A program made the position numbers and the translations under genes. Below are positions 38,159 to 47,426 of a stretch of 64,000 nucleotides of DNA, in pieces. The stretch's first letter is position 1, and each line of letters starts with the position of its first letter. The notes under the pieces were generated by a model that made no database searches, was not told where the DNA came from, and worked only from the letters and a program-made list of their open reading frames with translations. This DNA comes from Candidatus Nanopelagicus sp. (GTDB lineage: Bacteria > Actinomycetota > Actinomycetes > Nanopelagicales > Nanopelagicaceae): contig JBJTJQ010000040.1 of the NCBI GenBank assembly GCA_046095545.1, forward strand, positions 9,817-73,816, read 5' to 3'.

Positions 38159-39282
38159 TATTTACTCTTCTCTCTTCTAATTCCATTATGGGTTAGTGTT
38201 GCAGAATCAATAATTTCATCAGAGAAGTCAGGCTCTATCTGTCCAGTTGATTTTCCATCAACACTTTTATTCATTAATAAGAGCAGGTTTACGACATTTC
38301 TTGAAAATAGCATTGAGGCATGAAATGCCAGTTGGCTAGGAACATCTTTTGCACCCCAAATTCTTACGCCCTCTTTCGTAATTACTAATTCACCAGAAAC
38401 TGAACCTTCAACATTTCCACCACTTTCCGCTGCTAAATCAACTACAACTGATCCGGGTGCCATGCGTGAAACCATGGCTGAAGTAACTAATTGAGGGGCA
38501 GCTCGACCAGGTACTGCAGCTGTAGTAATTAATACATCCGCCGCAGCGATGTATGGCGTGAGTAATTCACGTTGCTTATTTGCACGTTCTTCACTCATTT
38601 CTCTTGCATAACCACCAGCACCTTCTAGTGCCTCAAGCTCTAATGAAATAAATTTTGCCCCCATAGATTTAACCTCATCAGCCGAGGAAGGTCGAACATC
38701 ATATGCCGAAACAACTGCTCCTAATCTCTTTGCTGTTGCAATAGCTTGTAAACCAGCAACTCCGGCACCAAGTACAACAACTTTTGCCGGTGTGACAGTT
38801 CCAGCTGCGGTCATGAGTAACGGAAAAAACTTAGGGGACAATTCAGCAGCAACCAATGCTGCCTTATATCCAGCACAAAGCGCTTGTGAGGTTAGTGCGT
38901 CCATCGATTGTGCTCTGGAAATTCGAGGGACTAATTCAAGTGATAGTGCTGTAACTGATGCGCCAACTGCAGCATCAATGGAATCAGTTGATGAAGTTGG
39001 TGATAAAAATGAAATAGTTAAAGCGCCTTTTTTTAAATTTTTAATTTGGTTTGGTGTGAGTGGTTGTACGGATAAAACCACATCGCTATTAGCTAATACA
39101 TCACCTTGCTTAATTTGTGCTCCAGCAGCTAAAAACTGCTCATCAGAATACTGTGCCGCAACCCCTGCGCCAGATTCAATGAAGACTTCATGTCCTAATT
39201 TTGTTAATTTTGAAATAATATCTGGGACAAGTGCAACCCGTTTCTCGCCAGGCTTAATCTCCTTTGGTACTGAAATGAACAT
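38158..39282 (-). CDS. pntAa: NAD(P) transhydrogenase alpha subunit part 1
   Basis: PRISRAQSMDAL, GAGVAGLQA, DLAAESGGN. Confidence 0.95.
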   Translation of the reverse strand: MFISVPKEIKPGEKRVALVPDIISKLTKLGHEVFIESGAGVAAQYSDEQFLAAGAQIKQGDVLANSDVVLSVQPLTPNQIKNLKKGALTISFLSPTSSTDSIDAAVGASVTALSLELVPRISRAQSMDALTSQALCAGYKAALVAAELSPKFFPLLMTAAGTVTPAKVVVLGAGVAGLQAIATAKRLGAVVSAYDVRPSSADEVKSMGAKFISLELEALEGAGGYAREMSEERANKQRELLTPYIAAADVLITTAAVPGRAAPQLVTSAMVSRMAPGSVVVDLAAESGGNVEGSVSGELVITKEGVRIWGAKDVPSQLAFHASMLFSRNVVNLLLLMNKSVDGKSTGQIEPDFSDEIIDSATLTHNGIRREKSK

Positions 39283-39307
39283 TCGCCTACCTTACCTAAC
39301 CTTCACT

Positions 39308-40261
39308 TTAATTATTTCCTTTTAAGTCACCCTTACTCAGGTGGTAGAGCAATGCTTGGATCGTAGTTCTTCGATGAAATGCTTGTCTAAAGACAACAGA
39401 TTTTGGGCCATCAATAACTTCAGTAGAAACCTCTTCACCTCGATGTGCTGGCAAGCAATGCATAAATATTGAATCTGAAGAAGTAAGTGACATTAATTCA
39501 GGGGTTACCATAAATGGTTTTAGCGCTGACATTTTTTCAGCACGATCTGATTCTGAATCTCCCATAGACATCCAAACATCAGTATAAATCGCACTAGCAT
39601 TTTTCGCGGCCGATTTAGCATCGGTTAAGATTTCAATCTTTGCGCCTGATTTCTTCGCAATTTCATTTGCTTGCTTAATAACATTTTCATTTGGTGCCCA
39701 CTTACCTCCTGGAGTGGCAACAACAATGTGAGCACCCATAGTTGCACCCATAATTAACCAAGCAGTAGAGACGTTATTACCGTCACCAACATAAGCTAAC
39801 TTTCTATTCGAAATACTCTTTCCAAAATTTTCTTTTAAAGTTATCCAATCCGCTAAAAGTTGCGTTGGGTGATCATCATCAGTTAAGGCATTTATTACCG
39901 GAATAGATGCATTATTTCCTAACTCATCAACATCATTTTGGGAAAAAGTTCGAACAATAAGAGCGCTACAAAAACCCGAGATAATTTTTGCAGTATCTGA
40001 AATAGTTTCACCTCTACCAATTTGCATCTCATCTGCACGAAGGAAGATTGGGGTTCCACCCAGATGGGCCACTGCAGTTTCCGAGGCTAAACGAGTCCTA
40101 GTTGAAGATTTGGTCATGTAAATCGCAACAGTTTTTTTGGCCAAAGTCTTTTTCGAGCGCAACGGATTGCTGGCAAACTTGCCTGCGGTTTCAAGTAGTA
40201 GCTCAATATCTGATTTTGATAAGTCAGATGTACGCAGTAGGTCTTTTAATTTTGTGCTCAC
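39308..40261 (-). CDS. argF: Ornithine carbamoyltransferase
   Basis: STRTR, HPTQLLAD, TDVWMSMG, HCLP. Confidence 0.88.
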   Translation of the reverse strand: MSTKLKDLLRTSDLSKSDIELLLETAGKFASNPLRSKKTLAKKTVAIYMTKSSTRTRLASETAVAHLGGTPIFLRADEMQIGRGETISDTAKIISGFCSALIVRTFSQNDVDELGNNASIPVINALTDDDHPTQLLADWITLKENFGKSISNRKLAYVGDGNNVSTAWLIMGATMGAHIVVATPGGKWAPNENVIKQANEIAKKSGAKIEILTDAKSAAKNASAIYTDVWMSMGDSESDRAEKMSALKPFMVTPELMSLTSSDSIFMHCLPAHRGEEVSTEVIDGPKSVVFRQAFHRRTTIQALLYHLSKGDLKGNN

Positions 40262-40301
40262 TGGTAAATGGTAGGCGATATTTTTGGATTAGGATTTGCC
40301 C

Positions 40302-40553
40302 ATGGGCTTTCTCGATGATTTACGCGGTAAATCTGGTAAATCTGGGGTACTCGCTGATGCAAGGTTGGCACCAACAGATGATGGTGATTACGAGAGATTT
40401 TCGCACTATGTCGATAAGAATAAAATAACAGAATCTGCAGTTACAGGAAAACCGGTTAGAGCTTTATGCGGAAAAAAATGGATACCAAATAGAGATCCTG
40501 AAAAATTTCCAATTTGCCCAACATGTAAAGAGATTCACGCCCGCTTAAAGTAA
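40302..40553 (+). CDS. DUF3039 domain protein
   Basis: DDGDYERFSHYV..ALCGKKW..PICPTC. Confidence 0.88.
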   Translation: MGFLDDLRGKSGKSGVLADARLAPTDDGDYERFSHYVDKNKITESAVTGKPVRALCGKKWIPNRDPEKFPICPTCKEIHARLK

Positions 40554-40584
40554 TTTCTCAGAATTAACCGATACCCTAAAATTC

Positions 40585-42303
40585 ATGGAATCGCGTAAAT
40601 CTACGATCGCTCTACTCGCAGCAATCCTTTTATTCTCAACCACTATTCCAGCTTCAGCAGAGAATCCTCCCAGAAGAATTTTATCTGGCTGGTTACCAGA
40701 TTATTCATTAAGCAGAAATCTTCCAACTGTTGAAGGTAACCTAGATTTACTTAGAGATGTCTCGCCATTTTGGTATGGCTTAACTGGTGGAGTGAATGTG
40801 AAAGATAAGTATGCACTTGGAAAATACACAACTCCAAAAGAGCAAGTTATCGCAAGGTTAAAATCAAACAATATTATTTTACTTCCAACAATCACTGATG
40901 ACAACGGAAGATTAGTTCTTGCAAATCTATTAGCAAATGAAAGTTCTAGAAATACTATCGTTCAAAACCTTAAAGAATTAGTTCTCAAGCAGAACTATGA
41001 TGGAATTGATTTAGATTTTGAAACGTTTTATACCAAAGATGGAAGATCTACTTGGCCTGCACTTAAGCCCAATTGGATTTCCTTTATAAAACAACTTTCA
41101 GGTGAACTAAGATCACGAAATAAACTTTTATCTGTAACCACCCCTCCAGACTTTGCTAAAGAGACAAAGCGAGCAGGTAACTCTGTTTACTCTTGGAGTG
41201 AGATTGGTCCGTATATAGATCGACTCAGAATCATGGCTTATGATTTTTCAACAACCACACCAGGCCCCATAGGACCACTTGAATGGACTGAGGATGCGGT
41301 TAAGTACGCAGTTACTCAGATGCCAGCTTCAAAAGTTTTTCTAGGAATTCCAGGTTATGGGCGAGATTGGGTAACAAAAGTAGATGGTGTGTGCCCATCA
41401 GTATTTGCATCTTCTGTAGTTGTGGGGGCAAAAGCAGCTGTTGTTATGCGTGAAGCTTTGAATCTGGCTTCAAATAACAAAGCAGTGCCTACTTACAACA
41501 GCACACACGCTGAATCAACATTCACTTATATAAAAACTTACATGGATCCAACTAACTCAGCAATTGCTTGTACCGCAACTAGAAAAGTTTGGTTTCCTGA
41601 TGAGAGAAGTTATGCCGCACGAACAAATTTAGTTGGTAAATATCGGTTGGGCGGAATAGCTGTTTGGACCTTTGGGATGGAAAATGCGGCTGCAATGAGT
41701 GCGGTTCGCGAAATTGCTAAATCTATTGCGCCTGACCAAGTAATTGGCACTATCTCGGCTGATTTAGCGGAAATTTCATATGGTTCGACCTTTAATCTAA
41801 CAGCCACATTTAAATTACCAGACAAGACTCCCGTATCAGCCCTTAATGTTAGATTTGAAATTAAAAATAGCAATGATGCCAATTGGCGCAGCTTAGCTGC
41901 CGGTATAACTGATGCCACCGGTGCGATTTCGGTTCCTGTAGTTATTGGTCAGAAAAGTCTAATTAGATTGGTTTCAGAGGGCAGTTGGGAAAGAACTGAA
42001 GGTATAACTTCTGAAAAGAGTATCTCGGTGGTTCCAAAAGTTATCCTGCCGCTCCCAACATCTATAAAAGTAGGTGCCACTTATCCAATCTCTGGCCAAA
42101 TTCTGCCGGCAGCCCAAGGAATAAAGTTATCTGTATTGCAAGATGGAAAGTCGATAGGTTCCTATACAACCGATATCAATGGTTCATTTAATTTTGCCAT
42201 TACTCAATCGACTCCAGGGATTCATTCTTATCAGATCGTGATAGAAGCTGGGGTAAAAAATTCTGCTGGAAGTAGTGAACTCTTCACAGTTTTAGTTAGA
42301 TAA
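40585..42303 (+). CDS. Secreted GH18 glycoside hydrolase (chitinase-like) with C-terminal beta-sandwich domains
   Basis: Signal peptide, DGIDLDFE catalytic motif, MAYD, LGIPGYG, GIAVW. Confidence 0.88.
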   Translation: MESRKSTIALLAAILLFSTTIPASAENPPRRILSGWLPDYSLSRNLPTVEGNLDLLRDVSPFWYGLTGGVNVKDKYALGKYTTPKEQVIARLKSNNIILLPTITDDNGRLVLANLLANESSRNTIVQNLKELVLKQNYDGIDLDFETFYTKDGRSTWPALKPNWISFIKQLSGELRSRNKLLSVTTPPDFAKETKRAGNSVYSWSEIGPYIDRLRIMAYDFSTTTPGPIGPLEWTEDAVKYAVTQMPASKVFLGIPGYGRDWVTKVDGVCPSVFASSVVVGAKAAVVMREALNLASNNKAVPTYNSTHAESTFTYIKTYMDPTNSAIACTATRKVWFPDERSYAARTNLVGKYRLGGIAVWTFGMENAAAMSAVREIAKSIAPDQVIGTISADLAEISYGSTFNLTATFKLPDKTPVSALNVRFEIKNSNDANWRSLAAGITDATGAISVPVVIGQKSLIRLVSEGSWERTEGITSEKSISVVPKVILPLPTSIKVGATYPISGQILPAAQGIKLSVLQDGKSIGSYTTDINGSFNFAITQSTPGIHSYQIVIEAGVKNSAGSSELFTVLVR

Positions 42304-42310
42304 TTAGGGC

Positions 42311-42607
42311 ATGAGTTCCCAAACCCAAGTTGAAGAAGTATTAGATTTAAGTAAATTTTTTGATCACCTTTGGGTAACTATTGTTTGGGATGATCCAGTT
42401 AATTTAATGAATTACGTTACGTATGTGTTTATTAAATTATTTGGATTTTCAAAGGAAAAAGCGCATGAACTAATGATGCAAGTTCATAATGAAGGAAAAG
42501 CAGTTGTAGCTTCTGGAACTAGAGAAGAGATGGAACGAGCAGTTCAAAGTTTGCATGAGCATGGACTCTGGGCAACACTTCAACGGGAAGATCATGGGCG
42601 AGTTTAA
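42311..42607 (+). CDS. clpS: Clp protease adaptor ClpS
   Basis: [19 protein letters not shown]. Confidence 0.95.
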   Translation: MSSQTQVEEVLDLSKFFDHLWVTIVWDDPVNLMNYVTYVFIKLFGFSKEKAHELMMQVHNEGKAVVASGTREEMERAVQSLHEHGLWATLQREDHGRV

Positions 42608-43166
42608 AGGTTCTCCAGCAGCTGGAAATTTATCAATAGCGCTGAGCAACGATGAACTACATATTTTAATTAATCTTGTTGAACAGCTGCTTGAATTATT
42701 AGGAGAAGGCAATTTCAATCACCACTATCAATCTGATGATCCATTCGCACAACTAATGACAGCAAGCCTAGGCAACATCCAATCGCCAATATCTCAACCT
42801 GAGGATCCTGTACTTAAGCGACTTTTACCAAATGCATATCCAGATCCAGAGAGCGCGGATGAATTTCGTAAATATACAGAGCCGGCATTGCGAAAGTTAA
42901 AGCAAGATCACCTTTTATTCCTAAGGCAGCAGCTAGTTTTTCCAGTTGATCATGAGTTGGAGCGAGCCGATATTGCCATCAGTGATCCAACTCAATGGTT
43001 AATAGCAATTAATGATCTGAGATTGGCACTTTCAGTCAGGCTGAATATTGATCAAAGCAGTTTTGAAAGTTATGAGTTGATGCCTGATACCGATCAACAA
43101 AAACCACTTTTTGCTGTCTATTTTTGGTTGGGTGGTATTCAGGAGAACTTACTTAATCATCTATAG
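42594..43166 (+). CDS. DUF2017 (Rv1332-like) protein
   Basis: [31 protein letters not shown]; clpS-linked. Confidence 0.88.
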   Translation: MGEFKGSPAAGNLSIALSNDELHILINLVEQLLELLGEGNFNHHYQSDDPFAQLMTASLGNIQSPISQPEDPVLKRLLPNAYPDPESADEFRKYTEPALRKLKQDHLLFLRQQLVFPVDHELERADIAISDPTQWLIAINDLRLALSVRLNIDQSSFESYELMPDTDQQKPLFAVYFWLGGIQENLLNHL

Positions 43167-43170
43167 CGAT

Positions 43171-43203
43171 AAAAAAATGGGGCTGATTTCTCAGCCCCAT
43201 TTC
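43171..43203 (-). terminator. Intrinsic terminator of actinorhodopsin (likely bidirectional)
   Basis: Minus strand AATGGGGCTGA-GAAA-TCAGCCCCATTTTTTT. Confidence 0.85.
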
Positions 43204-43219
43204 AATTAATTAGAGACGA

Positions 43220-43990
43220 TTAGTGGTCGTCCTTCATTCCTTCAGCTACGGATTTCATCTTTGCAATCTTTAGGATTGTTAGACCAAATACGCACTTAGC
43301 TAATACGTCTGCAATTGTGTAACCAATCTGACGATTCACAAATGCTGCCGGATCCAATGCATCTTGACCAAGAATTGGTAGTAAGTATGAGATTGGATAA
43401 ACGCCCCAAGTTGCGATCAATAGCAAACGTAGACGACCTACAGTCGCAGCTACTCCTGCTGGTTGACGATCTAGAGACTTTGAAAGCTCGACGAACAATA
43501 CATACAGAATGTATAGGAAAGGTATTGTTGACAATACACCCCATAGAACCTTGGTGTTGTTGTCAGTTGAAATCTCACCTGGGTAACCAAGTGCGATCAT
43601 TGCTGCTGATGCAGGAACTAATCGGCTGATTAACGAAGAAGCCGCTGCCTTAGCAAGAGCAAGTACTGCAATTACTTCTACAAGAAGTAGTGGTACTGTC
43701 AGAATCCAGTCAACGTAGCGATATGCCTCGTTGAATGTTCCATGACCGGTTCCTACCTTTAGTGAACCATCTACGAAAGAATCATCAAATGAGTTGAAAA
43801 TTCTGAAGTAGTGATAAGCAGCAATAAATGTCACCATAGATGACATAACAAGAGCTGTCCGGTACTTAGGTAGTACTCGAGATTGTGAAACTAGTGTGTA
43901 AATAGTGCAGGCAAGCATTGATACAAGTCCAAATGAAAGGATGTTGTAAACGATGCCGAACTGATCTGCAGATAATGCAATTGAGTTCAT
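43220..43990 (-). CDS. actR: Actinorhodopsin, xanthorhodopsin-like light-driven proton pump
   Basis: NEAYRYVDWILTVPLLLVE (D-T-E), WGVLSTIPF, WGVYP, DVLAK retinal-binding Lys. Confidence 0.96.
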   Translation of the reverse strand: MNSIALSADQFGIVYNILSFGLVSMLACTIYTLVSQSRVLPKYRTALVMSSMVTFIAAYHYFRIFNSFDDSFVDGSLKVGTGHGTFNEAYRYVDWILTVPLLLVEVIAVLALAKAAASSLISRLVPASAAMIALGYPGEISTDNNTKVLWGVLSTIPFLYILYVLFVELSKSLDRQPAGVAATVGRLRLLLIATWGVYPISYLLPILGQDALDPAAFVNRQIGYTIADVLAKCVFGLTILKIAKMKSVAEGMKDDH

Positions 43991-44234
43991 CTAAAAAGCC
44001 TCCATAGGCATTTAGTTTGCTTATGTCCTTTTGGGCACAAGCCAGCAAATATTCATAACCTCATATGCAGGCTACGACTTATTGCCTAGGCTTAGAGTGG
44101 TGGTTACCTGCCAGTTCATCAAGACAATCCACCCCAAATTCACTTAAATTCTTAAGATTTCTTAGATAAAAGAGGGCAAATCGGACATTTTTTAATCACA
44201 CTACTTCTGATGGCTGCATTTACACTTACCTCAA

Positions 44235-45062
44235 ATGGCCATCAACTCCGCAACCAGTAATTCTGTGCCCAGTAAAAATGCACCGATTGGAATCTTTGAT
44301 TCTGGAGTTGGTGGCTTAACTGTTGCCCGAGCAATTATTGATCAACTACCTGGTGAATCAATTCTTTATATTGGAGACACCGCCCGCGGCCCATATGGCC
44401 CAAGACCCCTTGCCCAGGTTCGAACTTACGCGCTAGAGATTATGGACCAATTAGTTGCCGCTGGCGTCAAGGCAATTGTGATTGCTTGTAATACTGCAAG
44501 TGCTGCAATGCTTCGTGATGCACGCGAGCGCTACGCCATCCCAGTAATTGAGGTTATTCAACCTGCAGTTCGCCGAGCTGTCTCTGCTACTAGAAGTGGC
44601 AAAATTGGCGTTATTGGCACCACCGCTACTATTGATTCCAAAGCTTACTTAGATGCGTTTGCTGCGGCACCGCAATTAAAAATTACCTCTAAAGCCTGTC
44701 CATTATTTGTTGAGTTTGTGGAACAGGGTAAAACCTCAGGGGATGAGATTACAAAAATTGCCCAAGATTACTTAGCTCAAATGCAGCAGGCCAAGATTGA
44801 TACTCTCGTCTTAGGCTGCACCCACTATCCATTGTTAACTGGTGTGATCTCCTATGTCATGGGAAATGATGTCACCTTAGTTTCCAGCGCTGAGGAAACG
44901 GCAAAGGATCTGTATAAAACCTTAGTTGAGGCAGATTTATTAAGTACCCAAAGCTCACCTGCCACACATAGATTTGTGGCAACTGGGGATGCAAGCAGTT
45001 TTGCCGCTTTAGCACGAAGATTTCTAGGCCCAGAGGTAGTATCAGTTACTAATAAGATTTAA
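44235..45062 (+). CDS. murI: Glutamate racemase
   Basis: [23 protein letters not shown]. Confidence 0.96.
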   Translation: MAINSATSNSVPSKNAPIGIFDSGVGGLTVARAIIDQLPGESILYIGDTARGPYGPRPLAQVRTYALEIMDQLVAAGVKAIVIACNTASAAMLRDARERYAIPVIEVIQPAVRRAVSATRSGKIGVIGTTATIDSKAYLDAFAAAPQLKITSKACPLFVEFVEQGKTSGDEITKIAQDYLAQMQQAKIDTLVLGCTHYPLLTGVISYVMGNDVTLVSSAEETAKDLYKTLVEADLLSTQSSPATHRFVATGDASSFAALARRFLGPEVVSVTNKI

Positions 45063-45136
45063 CATCTAAGAATTAACAACTTTAAAGGTAGCACTAAGCG
45101 CTTAAATTTAATTAGAGAAAAAAGAGGAGATAAATC

Positions 45137-45862
45137 ATTAGCAGAATCGATGGCAGATCAAGTGATCAATTACGGCCGATTAAATTTACCCGCCATTGGT
45201 TAGATAATGCCGAAGGATCAGTTTTAGTTGAGTTTGGTAAGACTAGAGTTTTATGTGTTGCATCCTTTACCCCAGGAGTGCCCCGCTGGTTAGTTGGTAA
45301 GGGTGAGGGTTGGGTAACAAGTGAGTACGCCATGTTGCCTAGAGCTACCCATACTCGATCAGACCGCGAGAGTGTTAAGGGCAAGTTAGGTGGCAGAACT
45401 CAGGAGATCTCCAGATTAGTTGGCAGATCCTTACGTGGCATCGTAGATATGAAAGCATTAGGTGAAAACACAATTGTGATTGATTGTGATGTATTGCAAG
45501 CAGATGGTGGCACTAGAACAGCTGCGATTACTGGGGCGTATGTTGCCCTAGCTGATGCGATATCTTGGGCAAAATCAAATTCCCACATTGCCGAGAAATC
45601 AAATCCCTTAACCCAATCAGTTGCGGCAGTTTCAGTTGGAATCATAGACGGCATACCAACCTTAGATCTTTGCTATGAAGAGGATGTTGCGGCTCAAACT
45701 GATATGAATATTGTCTGCACCGGTGATGGTAATTTTGTTGAGGTGCAGGGAACTGCTGAAGGAAAGCCATTTGATCGCAATTTACTAGATCAATTATTAA
45801 ATTTAGGCGCAAAAGGCTGTGCTGATTTAACAAAACTTCAAATCCAATCCTTATCTAAATAA
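45137..45862 (+). CDS. rph: Ribonuclease PH (predicted non-canonical ATT start)
   Basis: Frame extends 47 codons upstream of GTG 45278 as [19 protein letters not shown]..[10 protein letters not shown]; EYAMLP, DGGTRTA, EVQGTAE. Confidence 0.92.
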   Translation: MSRIDGRSSDQLRPIKFTRHWLDNAEGSVLVEFGKTRVLCVASFTPGVPRWLVGKGEGWVTSEYAMLPRATHTRSDRESVKGKLGGRTQEISRLVGRSLRGIVDMKALGENTIVIDCDVLQADGGTRTAAITGAYVALADAISWAKSNSHIAEKSNPLTQSVAAVSVGIIDGIPTLDLCYEEDVAAQTDMNIVCTGDGNFVEVQGTAEGKPFDRNLLDQLLNLGAKGCADLTKLQIQSLSK

Positions 45863-45871
45863 TTTCACAAA

Positions 45872-46498
45872 ATGTCTAAGTTGGTTTTAGCATCAAAAAA
45901 TACTGGCAAGATTGCAGAGTTGGAAAGATTACTAAGTAATTTAGCTGCTGAAGTTAAGATTCTGGGTCTAGCTGATTTTCCAGATCTACCTGAGGTCGTT
46001 GAAAATGGAAAGAGTTTAAGTGAAAACGCTTGGCTAAAAGCTAAGCAAATATCAGATTTTACAAAGCTACCTGCCTTAGCAGATGACAGTGGATTATTTA
46101 TTGACGCATTAAATGGCGATCCTGGAATTTATTCAGCCAGATACGCGGGCTATAGCGGATCTGATGCCAAGGTTAGGGATAAATTAAATATTGAAAAAGT
46201 TTTAACCCAATTAGCCAATACACCAGCTGGCAGCCGGGGAGCACAATTTAAAACGGTGGTCGCTTTTTACCAACCAGCTGCCGGTGGCCGTAAAGCCGAG
46301 CACCAGACGCTAGGTGAGTTAATGGGTGAAATTACTCAACAACCACATGGTGATTATGGCTTTGGTTATGACCCGATCTTTTTGCCAGAAGGTTTTGATA
46401 AAACTTTGGCGCAATTATCTCCTGCGGCAAAAGATGAAATTAGCCATCGCGGGCGGGCATTACGGGCAATCGCACCACTGCTACTTGAACTGCTCTAA
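45872..46498 (+). CDS. rdgB: Non-canonical purine NTP pyrophosphatase
   Basis: ADDSGL, PGIYSAR, GFGYDPIF, SHRGRA. Confidence 0.95.
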   Translation: MSKLVLASKNTGKIAELERLLSNLAAEVKILGLADFPDLPEVVENGKSLSENAWLKAKQISDFTKLPALADDSGLFIDALNGDPGIYSARYAGYSGSDAKVRDKLNIEKVLTQLANTPAGSRGAQFKTVVAFYQPAAGGRKAEHQTLGELMGEITQQPHGDYGFGYDPIFLPEGFDKTLAQLSPAAKDEISHRGRALRAIAPLLLELL

Positions 46499-46617
46499 TT
46501 TCATTCGAATAAATCATGGACTCGGTGTTGTATCCTTATCTCATCCTTCCCTAGGAATATCTTCATCTAAATAAGGTTAGTGAACTTAACTAGCGTAAAT
46601 GACTAAAGGAGTTTTAA

Positions 46618-47358
46618 GTGGCAGCAAAGAAGAAAGCAGCTAAAAAAGCATCTGCAAAACGCAGTGTTAAGAAGAGTGTAAAAAAATCTTCAGCTAAGAA
46701 GAGTGTAAAAAAATCTTCTGCTAAGAAAAGCGTAAGAAAGAGTGCAAAGCGATCCGCCCGTTCATCAACTCGGTACTCAATACCAGCAGTACCAGTTAGC
46801 GGATCATCACGATCTTCAATATCATCAATTTCAACTACCCCAAGAGCTGCTGCATCCACTAGAACAGTCTCAGTTAGCAAGAGCAGTGGTGCAGGATCCT
46901 CTAAGGCTGTTGTGATAGCAGTAGTAGTTGGTATTTTAATTCTGGCAGTTGCAGTTATTTCTCAAAATTCATCATCTGAGTCAACAACGGTGACACCATC
47001 ACCAATGGCTTCAGAAAGTAATACACCAACTGAGCAGCCAACAACTGAGCCAGGTGAAACTCCAATTACAGCTTATGAAGCTCCAGTAGGAATTGTTTCA
47101 ATTTATAATGAAACTGGCGCCATGGTTAATTGGAAAGCACCAGCAGCATCTGCTGGTATTACTGGCTACAACGTTGAATTACGCGATAACGGCGTAGGCG
47201 ATTGGCGCTTGGTGGCAACTGTGCCAGCGACTGAGTTCAAGCAACAAATTACCAAGAACGATACCTCTGGTTGGGTGCAGGTTAAGGTCTCAACAGTTTA
47301 TTCTGATGGTAAAGTTGTTGAAGGCAAGATTCATGGTTTGCCAGGTAGCTGGTCTTAA
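46618..47358 (+). CDS. Bitopic membrane protein: histone H1-like Lys/Ala/Ser N-terminus, TM helix, Thr/Pro linker, FN3-like domain
   Basis: KKSSAKKSV repeats, VVIAVVVGILILAVAVI helix, VNWKAP..ITGYNVE; SD AAGGAG and downstream terminator. Confidence 0.78.
   Translation: MAAKKKAAKKASAKRSVKKSVKKSSAKKSVKKSSAKKSVRKSAKRSARSSTRYSIPAVPVSGSSRSSISSISTTPRAAASTRTVSVSKSSGAGSSKAVVIAVVVGILILAVAVISQNSSSESTTVTPSPMASESNTPTEQPTTEPGETPITAYEAPVGIVSIYNETGAMVNWKAPAASAGITGYNVELRDNGVGDWRLVATVPATEFKQQITKNDTSGWVQVKVSTVYSDGKVVEGKIHGLPGSWS
46669..46746 (+). repeat. 27-bp tandem coding repeat (2 near-perfect copies plus 1 degenerate)
   Basis: AAGAAGAGTGTAAAAAAATCTTCWGCT twice, then AAGAAAAGCGTAAGAAAGAGTGCA. Confidence 0.85.
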
Positions 47359-47378
47359 ACCGTAACAATTAATTAAAT

Positions 47379-47408
47379 TAGCCCCTGAGAAATCAGGGGC
47401 TATTTTTT
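47379..47408 (+). terminator. Intrinsic terminator
   Basis: TAGCCCCTGA-GAAA-TCAGGGGCTA-TTTTTT. Confidence 0.88.
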
Positions 47409-47426
47409 ACAAATTATTTAACTAAC

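Noticed and set aside
38792-39325. Long shadow ORFs (for example 38792..39325, 57856..58386, 60129..60578)
   Set aside because: Antisense to well-conserved genes, with no recognisable motifs or translation signals
45137-45278. rph as a 5'-truncated pseudogene
   Set aside because: The reading frame and conserved N-terminal residues are intact; only the start codon is atypical
46614-46880. Antisense ORF with FFTLFLAED repeats
   Set aside because: Mirror of the 27-bp Lys-rich repeat; the plus strand has the SD and terminator
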